Positions 36,808 to 45,449 of a DNA stretch of 46,975 bases are shown one piece after another. The translations under genes and the position numbers were made by a program. Source of the DNA: a virus (taxonomy: Duplodnaviria; Caudoviricetes); IMG/VR virus record IMGVR_UViG_3300032084_001260, positions 1-46,975 of that record. One strand, written 5' to 3'. Under the pieces are notes generated by a model. The model was not told where the DNA came from, did not search any database, and saw only the letters and a list, made by a program, of their open reading frames with translations. Each line of letters starts with the position of its first letter. Positions within the stretch are counted from its first letter, which is position 1.

Positions 36808-37071
36808 CTACTCCTTTTTAATGTCTTGCTTTACAAGGAATTGGTCAGTATTGATTCTTGTCTGTAAGACCTTCGCTCGCCAATCGCCCTCGTCTATCTT
36901 GCACTCTTCGGGAGTCTTGCCTTCGGCATTCACACAATAACTGCGAATGTCGAGCATCTTCTCCGCATAGGAACATTTACCGCAGACAATATCCCGTAGG
37001 TTATACCTGCTATATACCGTATGAGACTTCTTTACATTATCTCCACAGAGATTGCATTTTTTCGCAGTCAT
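36808..37071 (-). CDS. zinc-finger protein
   Basis: CNLC...CGKC. Confidence 0.7.
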   Translation of the reverse strand: MTAKKCNLCGDNVKKSHTVYSRYNLRDIVCGKCSYAEKMLDIRSYCVNAEGKTPEECKIDEGDWRAKVLQTRINTDQFLVKQDIKKE

Positions 37072-37508
37072 TATTCTTCTTCCTCCCCATAATCCGCCTG
37101 CGTGTAGTTATATTCCTCTCCCGAAGTCCATTCTTCGGGAACCATGTTTTCAAAAATCCATTCAAGACCTACTATTTCCGAATCTTTATTCGGTGATTCG
37201 CAAACTACTATGCACGGCCCTACTAATTGTTCGGGGTTGTCAATCGTATGCCCCCATGCGGCGAATGAGGCTATTGGGTTAGGAAACATTCCTAACAAAA
37301 GACCTTCTTCGTTTACAATAACATCTTTGACTTCTGTCAAAACTGCTTTGCCTTTGCTTGTCGGTAGTGCGAATTTGTTCTGCGTGGTGACTACTGCGTA
37401 TTCAATAAGCCCCCCCACATGCTTCTGCATCTCCTCTAAGGTCGGTTCTCTTTCTGTCAATTTAGCAACGCTACCATCAGCATTGATAAACATATATGTT
37501 TTATTCAT
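37071..37508 (-). CDS. DUF3846-like protein
   Basis: TLEEMQKHVGGLIE...IVNEEGLL...N..AS...LVG. Confidence 0.8.
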   Translation of the reverse strand: MNKTYMFINADGSVAKLTEREPTLEEMQKHVGGLIEYAVVTTQNKFALPTSKGKAVLTEVKDVIVNEEGLLLGMFPNPIASFAAWGHTIDNPEQLVGPCIVVCESPNKDSEIVGLEWIFENMVPEEWTSGEEYNYTQADYGEEEE

Positions 37509-37762
37509 CTTGTCATTCCTCCTCTGTTTTTGTCTCTCCTAACATTAGCCTCTATTTCTAATAGAGCCTTGTCGCAAATATTACGCCAAGTCCTAAGTCG
37601 GGTGAGTATATTATGTGTCTGCTCTGGAACGAGCATAGTATACGCTTGAGTCATATGCTCAAGCATAACAACGGCTTCTTGCAGAGCCTGTATGGTATTT
37701 GCGTGTTGATACAAAGTATCACGCCCACATTCCCGAAGAGAACGGGTCGTCATCGTTCTCAT
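37505..37762 (-). CDS. hypothetical protein (start uncertain)
   Basis: ORF fills the gap; ATGA coupling downstream. Confidence 0.55.
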   Translation of the reverse strand: MRTMTTRSLRECGRDTLYQHANTIQALQEAVVMLEHMTQAYTMLVPEQTHNILTRLRTWRNICDKALLEIEANVRRDKNRGGMTR

Positions 37763-38414
37763 CACTGTCGGGGTCAATTCGCAAAGAATCCCAATCACGA
37801 GGTTGAAGTTTACCTTCTTTCTCTAATCTCTTGCCTTCTGTAATCATATCTTCGATTACCATTTCCTTATCATCTGTGTATGGTGCTGTGGTAGTCTCTA
37901 CGGGAATCTTACTCGTGCAACTACTAACATAAGCGTCTATGACCGGATGGAAGCCACGAGGAACGGCGATACCTACATCTGACTTGATGAAATCCGGCAC
38001 ACATATTTCCAATGTGCTTTGCATGATTTCCCACAAGTGAGCGTATCTCCTCATTGTTTTCTGTTCTTCGGTTTCATTCGCATAACCTTTAATTTTTCTT
38101 GATGGTAGGCCATCAAGGTCTGCTTCCACATCTAACACAAGGTTGCATACCAATATGCTCTCGCACATATCCATGACTTCTTGTGCGTCAATTTCTTGCT
38201 CTGCAAGGATTTGTCTTGCGATTACATTAGCCTCATTCAAGGTCTTTAACGCTTCTTCGTCTGCGTCTTTAATCGCAGGTCTTCCGTCTGCTTTGTATAG
38301 ACCTCTGTCGGTCTCCCACACTATGCCATTACCTACTACACATGAGTAGTAAAAAGTGACGGCATCACTTTCAGTCTTAATCATATCTGCTCTAAAATCT
38401 TCGTCTTTAAACAT
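37719..38414 (-). CDS. acidic hypothetical protein
   Basis: ORF track; GGAGTGA RBS before ATG 38414. Confidence 0.75.
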   Translation of the reverse strand: MFKDEDFRADMIKTESDAVTFYYSCVVGNGIVWETDRGLYKADGRPAIKDADEEALKTLNEANVIARQILAEQEIDAQEVMDMCESILVCNLVLDVEADLDGLPSRKIKGYANETEEQKTMRRYAHLWEIMQSTLEICVPDFIKSDVGIAVPRGFHPVIDAYVSSCTSKIPVETTTAPYTDDKEMVIEDMITEGKRLEKEGKLQPRDWDSLRIDPDSDENDDDPFSSGMWA

Positions 38415-38456
38415 TTTTTTCACTCCTGTTCAGCCTCTTATAGGGGGCTTCTCCTA

Positions 38457-38981
38457 TTAATCGTTTTCCGCACCACCTTTTAGTTTTGACTTTGACTTGT
38501 CAAAGTCACTTTGTTTGATGGCATCCACATGAACATATTGCTCAAGCGCATCTATGTTCACAGTCCAACGGAAACGAGACCTATGTTTGTGTATAGCAAA
38601 CACAAACTGTTCATACATCATTTGGGTTTCTTCATCCCAATCGTTGACTTCTCTCATGTGCTTTCGCACTTGTTCAGCCGCACCCACCTTAAGCGACCTG
38701 CCTAAGTGTTTGCATAGGTGGCATCGAGGGCATAGGGATTGCACCGCTATGAGAGTCTGCTCATTCTTCACATCGTCATACAACCAAATCTCATGGGCTT
38801 CGACAGCCCATTTGCGATTTTGCGAAAAGCCATCTTGCCCACACAATTCACATTTGTTGTCTGCCTGTTCATAGACAAACTTACGCAGTCTGTTCCACCC
38901 CGAAGGGGGCATAAGACTACGCAGGTTTGAACCCCATGTTCCGGTAGGAACCAACTCGCAGGTAAGAGGAACTCCTTTCAT
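38457..38981 (-). CDS. HNH endonuclease-like protein
   Basis: ELVP..W..NLRS, CELCG, EAHEIW, LCPRCH..KH. Confidence 0.8.
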   Translation of the reverse strand: MKGVPLTCELVPTGTWGSNLRSLMPPSGWNRLRKFVYEQADNKCELCGQDGFSQNRKWAVEAHEIWLYDDVKNEQTLIAVQSLCPRCHLCKHLGRSLKVGAAEQVRKHMREVNDWDEETQMMYEQFVFAIHKHRSRFRWTVNIDALEQYVHVDAIKQSDFDKSKSKLKGGAEND

Positions 38982-39295
38982 TACTCTTCCTCCTGTTGTT
39001 CTTCCAGCCACTCTTGAAATCCAACATATTCAGCCTCATCCCACATTTCGCATAGAAGCCAATCGCCTTCTTTGGAAGATATTCCTGTATCTTCCCATAC
39101 ATGATTATCGTAATCAGTCAAGACCCAAAGTGTTTCTCTGTCAGTATTGTATGCCATGTGGGGTTTAGTCCAACCATGTTCAGCAAAAAATTCTTCAGCG
39201 ATTTTATCCCATATGTCAGCCGTTCTTTCGATACGCTCATACATCATATCTTCATCGTGCAGGTAATACCATGCCATTTCGCTTGAATATCTCAT
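38981..39295 (-). CDS. acidic Trp-rich hypothetical protein
   Basis: ORF track; GGTGG RBS before ATG 39295. Confidence 0.65.
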   Translation of the reverse strand: MRYSSEMAWYYLHDEDMMYERIERTADIWDKIAEEFFAEHGWTKPHMAYNTDRETLWVLTDYDNHVWEDTGISSKEGDWLLCEMWDEAEYVGFQEWLEEQQEEE

Positions 39296-39341
39296 TTTTT
39301 CCACCACCTTAAGGTAGGCCACTCCGCCCACATATCGAATA

Positions 39342-39704
39342 TCAAAATAGACCCTCCAGAGCATCTGCTACTTGGTCTTTGATAGACTTGAAATCAACCT
39401 TCTGCGATTCTACTTTATTGTCTCTAATCATTTTCTTATGATTAGATACAATGGTTCTTGCGACAGTATCTCGGTGAGTCGTCATCATCACAGGCACATC
39501 ATGTTGACCGCACATATAACCAAACTTTGTTTGTAGCATATCTTCATCGCAGATAGCACAAACTCCCTCGATTACAGGCTTGAACAGGTCAACCACTACA
39601 TCAGATACATAGCCATCCGGCCTACGCATAATTACATTAATCTTCGATTGGCCCGCTATGGTGTTGAACCTAAGAGCGACATAGTCGTTATCAAACATTC
39701 GCAA
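39342..39704 (-). CDS. hypothetical protein with CxxC...CxxH
   Basis: ORF track. Confidence 0.65.
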   Translation of the reverse strand: MRMFDNDYVALRFNTIAGQSKINVIMRRPDGYVSDVVVDLFKPVIEGVCAICDEDMLQTKFGYMCGQHDVPVMMTTHRDTVARTIVSNHKKMIRDNKVESQKVDFKSIKDQVADALEGLF

Positions 39705-39905
39705 TCACTCCTCCTCATCTTCCAGCAATTGATAACCTGCTTCAACGGTCTCTTTCAATAAGCACAGGTTTACGAATGCGTCAACTGCGCTTCCGTTAAT
39801 CAATTGTGCTATTACTTCCATCAACGCTTCATCTATGCCCTTAAGCAGGTCAATCGAAGCGTCTTTCATTTCCAATGCTGTCTTTATCAATTCATCTCTT
39901 CTCAT
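39705..39905 (-). CDS. small acidic helical protein
   Basis: ORF track; start trimmed to the ATG after GGAGTGA. Confidence 0.65.
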   Translation of the reverse strand: MRRDELIKTALEMKDASIDLLKGIDEALMEVIAQLINGSAVDAFVNLCLLKETVEAGYQLLEDEEE

Positions 39906-39910
39906 TTTTC

Positions 39911-40171
39911 TCACTCCTCTTCTTCTTCCTCGCAATAACAATCAGTCTGACCTATATGTTCACATATAGGGCAGAAAAGACCGTCTTCTATTAGGTTATC
40001 TACATACTCGTGTAGACCGATTACATACATAATCGGGTCTACAAGTCTGAATACTCTCGATGGTGCGCGAGGCACACCAAAGATTTCAACATCTTCGTAG
40101 CAACTGTCTAACATATCATCGTAAGCCTCATGGACTTCTCGGCTATAATCGTCTTCGCTCATTCTCATCAC
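39911..40171 (-). CDS. acidic hypothetical protein
   Basis: YDDMLD...PS.....VDPI.Y..G...Y.D plus C-terminal CxxC. Confidence 0.7.
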   Translation of the reverse strand: MMRMSEDDYSREVHEAYDDMLDSCYEDVEIFGVPRAPSRVFRLVDPIMYVIGLHEYVDNLIEDGLFCPICEHIGQTDCYCEEEEEE

Positions 40172-40422
40172 TCTTCCTCGTGTGTTAATTCTAAATAGGG
40201 GTCGTCACTATTTAACTTCTTCTTAACCCAAACTATCTCATCGGTATCTCGCATATGTATAGCGTCATGCTTGTATGCGAGAGATAGGTGTATACCTATG
40301 CGCCCGTCATATCTGACAACGCGAGATTCGAGTATGGCTACCCATACTCCTTCTCTATTCTCAATCATATCTAACAACATTTGCGAATCACTCCAGAGGA
40401 TGTGGAACATCCTTATCTCCAA
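40168..40422 (-). CDS. hypothetical protein
   Basis: ORF track. Confidence 0.55.
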   Translation of the reverse strand: MEIRMFHILWSDSQMLLDMIENREGVWVAILESRVVRYDGRIGIHLSLAYKHDAIHMRDTDEIVWVKKKLNSDDPYLELTHEEE

Positions 40423-40624
40423 GAACCCATCGCAAAGATTTTACAACGCCCTGTAAGGCTTTGTAATTTCTCATGTGATACATGCGTTCAGACTTCTCGC
40501 ATGTCTGTAAAGCAAGCAGGTGTCTGTTCTGCTTGCGCTCTGCTCTATCGAGCATATTCTCTATCTCTGACCAACTTCTCTCATAAGAGAAGTGTTCGCT
40601 ATCTTGATGGTCGCTTAGAGTCAT
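40388..40624 (-). CDS. hypothetical helical protein
   Basis: ORF track; ATGA-coupled start 40624. Confidence 0.7.
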   Translation of the reverse strand: MTLSDHQDSEHFSYERSWSEIENMLDRAERKQNRHLLALQTCEKSERMYHMRNYKALQGVVKSLRWVLGDKDVPHPLE

Positions 40625-40821
40625 TCTGACTCCTCTCTGCTTACCGTGATACCACGCAGGGTAGAAGGGAATGGTCTGCGAATGAATTGCCACAATTCAT
40701 CCCACTCACCATCCCATGCGTCTCTCTGATGTAGGAGTGTTTGTTTATCATCATATGTATGAACATACATGACTCCGTCATGTAGTGTTATAGTGATACC
40801 TGCTGAACCTCTTGCCTTCAT
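40621..40821 (-). CDS. hypothetical protein
   Basis: ORF track; coupled. Confidence 0.65.
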   Translation of the reverse strand: MKARGSAGITITLHDGVMYVHTYDDKQTLLHQRDAWDGEWDELWQFIRRPFPSTLRGITVSREESE

Positions 40822-41021
40822 TCTGAAGCACCCCCAATCGCAAAGCCGGTAAGTTTGAAGTAAGCCGTTAGGTGTATCGTATGCTCACATGAAGGGCAAT
40901 CGAAATCATCAAAGATTTCGATGTTCTCATCGGCCTCCATCACAGTCATACCATCGGGATAGAAGTCTATACAGACTTCTTCTTCACAATTTTCGCAACA
41001 AACCCATTTTTCCATTTTCAT
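40818..41021 (-). CDS. acidic zinc-ribbon protein
   Basis: CENC...CPSC. Confidence 0.7.
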   Translation of the reverse strand: MKMEKWVCCENCEEEVCIDFYPDGMTVMEADENIEIFDDFDCPSCEHTIHLTAYFKLTGFAIGGASE

Positions 41022-41296
41022 TCCTCCTTGTTCCAACCTTTCCATTTCATATACGCCATTACGCCTTTAGGTGTAGCCCATCCCACAGGTTCATGACCTT
41101 GACCGAGAGCCAAAACTTCAAGCAAACCGTCTTCTGAACCGTAGCCATAATTTATTATGGAAAATTCTTGACCTACATCTATGCGCTTCGCCCTTACATT
41201 AAACTCGCCATGACTAACTTGTGAAGCCTCAAACTCAAAGTTTGAATCTTTCGCAAGCAACTCAATACAATCTAAGATTGGAATAATCTCCATCAC
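41018..41296 (-). CDS. hypothetical protein
   Basis: ORF track; YGSEDGLLEV...PVGWAT. Confidence 0.7.
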   Translation of the reverse strand: MMEIIPILDCIELLAKDSNFEFEASQVSHGEFNVRAKRIDVGQEFSIINYGYGSEDGLLEVLALGQGHEPVGWATPKGVMAYMKWKGWNKEE

Positions 41297-41745
41297 TCAT
41301 CACCCCCGAATATATCTCCCATTTCTTTAGCAATCATAGCAGATACTTCTGCTATGGAGACTTTCTTAGTGCTTCTCTCCGAAGGAGAGCGAGGCTTGAT
41401 TTCTGGTAGGCCCATTGGCCTACCTGCTCTTGTTGCGAATCTTGAAGCAGATTTGGAAGGTCTTCTCTTACCTGCGCCCTTGTATCTGCTAAGAGAGAAA
41501 ATACTTTTTCTCTGCTGTTGTTTGTGTTCGTTGATTTGTAGCCACAAATTAGCATTCTCTTCCTCATCGTAATGAGGAACCCATGCAAGTGTAGGTGTGC
41601 CGAATCTCGCTTGCCTTAAGCGAATACACTTCTCTTCATGGTCTTTGTAGACCATTACAGGGGTCACGCCCTGTGCGTCAAACCTTACATTGGCAATACC
41701 AATGTATTCATATCGCTCGTTTTCATAATCTATGTCGTCTGTCAT
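41293..41745 (-). CDS. hypothetical protein with basic C-terminal half
   Basis: Start trimmed to ATG 41745 after GGAGATG. Confidence 0.65.
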   Translation of the reverse strand: MTDDIDYENERYEYIGIANVRFDAQGVTPVMVYKDHEEKCIRLRQARFGTPTLAWVPHYDEEENANLWLQINEHKQQQRKSIFSLSRYKGAGKRRPSKSASRFATRAGRPMGLPEIKPRSPSERSTKKVSIAEVSAMIAKEMGDIFGGDE

Positions 41746-41803
41746 TTTTTCATCTCCGTTTCGGTTGGTGTTTTCTCGTCTCCTAAAGGTGGGTTTCCCA
41801 TAT

Positions 41804-42670
41804 TTAAACACTTCTCGGTGCATAAAGTAGGGCTTCATCTATCACAATATCTGCGTATGTAGGCTCACCCTCCCACTCATCTTCATCTAAGTCCGAGTAG
41901 CAACCGTCTTCCCTCGTCTCTGCTACACGCATTCGCACGGCCTCAAACATCATGCAGGGCAAATCCACACAAAACAATCTCAACGAACCTATAACGCCCC
42001 ATCTCATATTATGCAGGCTCACGCTTTTTGGTTCCTTTTTGACTATAAAGTCAAGAGAATCAACTAAATCAAAATCCTTCCTATCAATAGGAAGTCTTTT
42101 GCCAGCCCATGAATCTCTTTCTAATGACCTATCTTTTAGTTGGCTGATGAATGAATTGAGAAACCTATAAGCATCTTTATGCTTAATTCCCAATTCCCTG
42201 TAAGCATCAAGCATTTCGTCATATATGCGGTGACTGTGTATATACAACCACTTGAAATCGCAGTTATACATAGACAAATTTTTGCTGTAAGCAAACATAT
42301 TAACAGCAAAGATTCTTGAAGTTTCAAGAATTTGTCGCAGACCATCCATTAGAGGATGAAACATATATTGTTTATCAAATGGAAAATAGTGCCACTTGTG
42401 ATAGAAATATGTCTTACCTACATCTTCGATGTTGAAGCCCATATTAACAAAATTATGAATCATGCGTGTGTTTCTGTTGTCAACATTGTTGACAAGCATA
42501 TCATGTTCATCATGTGTAGGCCATGTATAGAAACGCCTAACGGGATTTCTTTCGATTTCGCAAATAGGTTTATCGTCTTTGCTTATGTCATAGCGACACT
42601 CACCCATACACACATACATGTCGTTAAACGACATGTCTTTTATCCTACCATCTGCCAAAGCGAATTTCAT
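41804..42670 (-). CDS. hypothetical protein
   Basis: 288-aa ORF; GGGGTGA RBS. Confidence 0.75.
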   Translation of the reverse strand: MKFALADGRIKDMSFNDMYVCMGECRYDISKDDKPICEIERNPVRRFYTWPTHDEHDMLVNNVDNRNTRMIHNFVNMGFNIEDVGKTYFYHKWHYFPFDKQYMFHPLMDGLRQILETSRIFAVNMFAYSKNLSMYNCDFKWLYIHSHRIYDEMLDAYRELGIKHKDAYRFLNSFISQLKDRSLERDSWAGKRLPIDRKDFDLVDSLDFIVKKEPKSVSLHNMRWGVIGSLRLFCVDLPCMMFEAVRMRVAETREDGCYSDLDEDEWEGEPTYADIVIDEALLYAPRSV

Positions 42671-43011
42671 TCGCTCACCCCCATGCTTGCCGTCATGCTC
42701 GGAATCACGATGATTACATCATCGGGATTTTGTTCTTCATGAATTGCGATTTTCATAATCCCATCAAGCATAACATTACACGCTTGTAGGTAGTTGGTCT
42801 CATCAATGAGACCCTCTGCGATTAAATCAGAATCTCTGAAAGCCTTTAGGTTTTCAGCGAAGTCCAAGACGGGAACCTCGACCTTGATTTGGTTTCCTAA
42901 GAAACCAACATCGTTGGCTAATTGCGTATAGGTAATGACATACCTAATGCCCTGCTTGTAGTTTAGACACATAGCCTCTGCTAAATCTTCGATTTCAATC
43001 TTCATCATCAC
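42667..43011 (-). CDS. hypothetical protein
   Basis: ORF track; coupled. Confidence 0.7.
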   Translation of the reverse strand: MMMKIEIEDLAEAMCLNYKQGIRYVITYTQLANDVGFLGNQIKVEVPVLDFAENLKAFRDSDLIAEGLIDETNYLQACNVMLDGIMKIAIHEEQNPDDVIIVIPSMTASMGVSE

Positions 43012-43976
43012 TCATCATCCTCCTCATCTGAATCACCACTAACCCACTTGGTTAGTGCTTGCTTTACATCTTCAATGCCTGCTCTGATAGCGTTTTCAAC
43101 GCTATTTTGACCATTACCTGTTCTCATGACATGAGCCTTTTCAAGGCCGATGATTTTTGCGACTTCTTTACCTTGAGCAACGCTCAAGTCTCTTGACATA
43201 CCAAGACCTCCGTTTGCCCTACCCATGTGCGCCCACATACCAAACATGCCACTTCTAAAGAACCACGCTGAACCTGCACTCGCCGCGATTGCTTCATTCA
43301 GACCTTCATCGGCATCCTTGATTTTGACTGATGCTAAAGCATTTGTTGTGCCATTTGGAGAATCGTCAAGGCAACTTGCTGAATAAGCGTAAGCCCATAC
43401 CTCAACTGCGAAACCTGCTTGACTAAGCAGGTCGGCGGCGGCGAGGGCGACTGCTGTTCTTGCGAAAATTACATCGGCAGGCACTCCACAATTACCTCCG
43501 GTTGGCACTACAAGTGCCACAGCCTCAACAGGTGCTGAACCTCTTCTGATAGTCCTACGGAACATCGAATCGCCATTTAGTAAACGAGTAGCGTTTACTT
43601 TGCCTCTGCTATCAGACCACTTAAGCATACGCTTAAGTTGTGACAAGTCAATTGAATCTACAAGGTCGGACATCTTGTCTCGACAAGATGCGATTTGCTT
43701 GTGGTCATTATCTACATACTCGCCTAACTTACCTGCTACATCTCTGCGAGTCTTGACGCTTGAATCACCTTTTAGGTCATTACGACCTAACCAATCCAAG
43801 TCCGGTGTTCTTGACAAAGGGTCATACCCTTTGAAGTCGGATGGACTAAGGGAGTCAATAAATTGACCTGCATCAGCAGGGGTATCACTGATAGTGAAAT
43901 TACAGGACAAGTCCTTAGACTTGTGGAAACCTACCCTTGTGCCATGCTCGTAGCGGATTACTTGTGTGTCTGTCAT
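43008..43976 (-). CDS. VWA-like partner of the MoxR ATPase (CobT-like)
   Basis: GKVNATRLLNG..MFR, Rossmann-like strand then LSQAGFAVEVW, IKDADE; directly downstream of the AAA+ gene; start after GGAGG. Confidence 0.7.
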   Translation of the reverse strand: MTDTQVIRYEHGTRVGFHKSKDLSCNFTISDTPADAGQFIDSLSPSDFKGYDPLSRTPDLDWLGRNDLKGDSSVKTRRDVAGKLGEYVDNDHKQIASCRDKMSDLVDSIDLSQLKRMLKWSDSRGKVNATRLLNGDSMFRRTIRRGSAPVEAVALVVPTGGNCGVPADVIFARTAVALAAADLLSQAGFAVEVWAYAYSASCLDDSPNGTTNALASVKIKDADEGLNEAIAASAGSAWFFRSGMFGMWAHMGRANGGLGMSRDLSVAQGKEVAKIIGLEKAHVMRTGNGQNSVENAIRAGIEDVKQALTKWVSGDSDEEDDE

Positions 43977-43994
43977 GTGAAAACCTCCAAAAGG

Positions 43995-44018
43995 TTGAGA
44001 CCCCCGAAGGGGTCTCAA
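43995..44018 (-). terminator. UUCG-capped hairpin between the AAA+ and VWA genes
   Basis: TTGAGACCCC-TTCG-GGGGTCTCAA on the minus strand, followed by CCTTTT. Confidence 0.65.
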
Positions 44019-45397
44019 GCGGCACCCCCATTAGTTGCTAAAGCACCGTCAATGAATTGGTCATCAAAACCAATGGTTTTGAGGTCTTTGCGATTCCAAT
44101 CTCTAACTGCAATCCTTCGGATTCTTTCCATATCGTAGCCTAAGATATGCTTCTGCTTCTTAGCAGTAAGCATGTGGCGAGGAGAGATAATACGGGAGAC
44201 AAGGCCAGCCTTGTCAGCACGGTCTCTCAAGTCATGGAAGAAGGAGACGATTTCATCGTCACCGATAAGCATTCTCTCGAATGCTCTGTCATAGCCCCAT
44301 CGAATTACTCCACCGGCGAAGCGATTTAAAGTAGCACCATCTAATGTTTCAGCAGAAACATAAGCAGAGCGACCTTTACCTTGACCAAGTGTGTTAGCAG
44401 TAGCAAGAATAAACAAGTCGGGAGACTTGTGTATTACAGAACCATCCGGCATAGTCCAACTATCGTTGGCTAAAGCCATGTTTGCGGCTACGGCTGTGCC
44501 ACCCATAAGACGGTCAAACTCGTCAAAGACGAGGACTCCACCGTCTCTGAAAGTGTTTACAATTTCAGTAATGCGATGCTTCTCGTCTCCTGTGGAGACA
44601 TTAGGAACCATTGGGCCGACTATGTCGGAAGGCATCATTTCATTGTGACAGGAAATCACTGTAAATCTTACAGTGTCAGGTTTTGCGAATCCACCGGCTG
44701 ATTCCGGCAGACTCTTTAGAGTGTCGAATATCTGTTTCGCCGCATGGGTCTTACCAGACCCAGCAGGGCCGGAAGCCAAGCAATTAGCACGAATGCGACC
44801 CAAGTCAAGTGCTTCATCGAAGCAAGGGTGAGTTAGACCAACCTTGACTTCTTCAAAGTCACCAAGAGGCTTGACAACTGTTGTTCGAGGTAATGCTAAA
44901 GCATTAATCTTGTCGGTCATTACGGTATCAACATGGTCGGTGAAACCGGCCATAAGGTGAGGCATTACCATTGAAGCAAGTGCTTCACCGGCAGGGTCTC
45001 CACCGTTTACGCTTGCAGGTATAGGCTTAGGTGTAGGTGTAGGGGTTGGTTTTGGTGTTGGCATTTTTGTTTCCTCCTTTGGAGTAGGGTCTCTCGGCTT
45101 ACCGTCAAGTTGTTCCCAACTTGTAATTTGCGAGGGGTTCATTTTGTCAGAAATCGAATCGTAAGATTCGGGAATTAGGTGATATTTTATATCAACACAG
45201 TCAGCGTGAATCCATGTCTGCTTACGAGATTCTGAAGGAATCTTGACTGCTACAACTGAACACTTCGGAGAAGTGCCGTTGATTGGATTTGAACACACTT
45301 TACAAGTGCTGTCAAAATTGGCGTTCTTAGTTTGTAGACCTACTTCTCGAAGTAGGCTTGCTTTTGGCGATTGTTTTTGTCGGCTCATCATTATCAC
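44015..45397 (-). CDS. MoxR/CbbQ/CobS-type AAA+ ATPase with N-terminal Zn finger and Pro-Thr linker
   Basis: GPAGSGKT, GGVLVFDEFD, ATANT.G.G, LDGATLNRF, ISPR. Confidence 0.88.
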   Translation of the reverse strand: MIMMSRQKQSPKASLLREVGLQTKNANFDSTCKVCSNPINGTSPKCSVVAVKIPSESRKQTWIHADCVDIKYHLIPESYDSISDKMNPSQITSWEQLDGKPRDPTPKEETKMPTPKPTPTPTPKPIPASVNGGDPAGEALASMVMPHLMAGFTDHVDTVMTDKINALALPRTTVVKPLGDFEEVKVGLTHPCFDEALDLGRIRANCLASGPAGSGKTHAAKQIFDTLKSLPESAGGFAKPDTVRFTVISCHNEMMPSDIVGPMVPNVSTGDEKHRITEIVNTFRDGGVLVFDEFDRLMGGTAVAANMALANDSWTMPDGSVIHKSPDLFILATANTLGQGKGRSAYVSAETLDGATLNRFAGGVIRWGYDRAFERMLIGDDEIVSFFHDLRDRADKAGLVSRIISPRHMLTAKKQKHILGYDMERIRRIAVRDWNRKDLKTIGFDDQFIDGALATNGGAA

Positions 45398-45449
45398 TCC
45401 TGTTTGGTCGGACTTATCCCTCCGAGTAGGATTTCACATATAAGGGCTT

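Noticed and set aside
36213-43011. Recurrent EEE/GxSE C-termini as a targeting signal
   Set aside because: Explained by GGAGG/GGTGA RBSs of translationally coupled downstream genes
15818-45443. Numerous short + strand ORFs opposite the minus-strand genes
   Set aside because: Antisense shadows of well-supported genes
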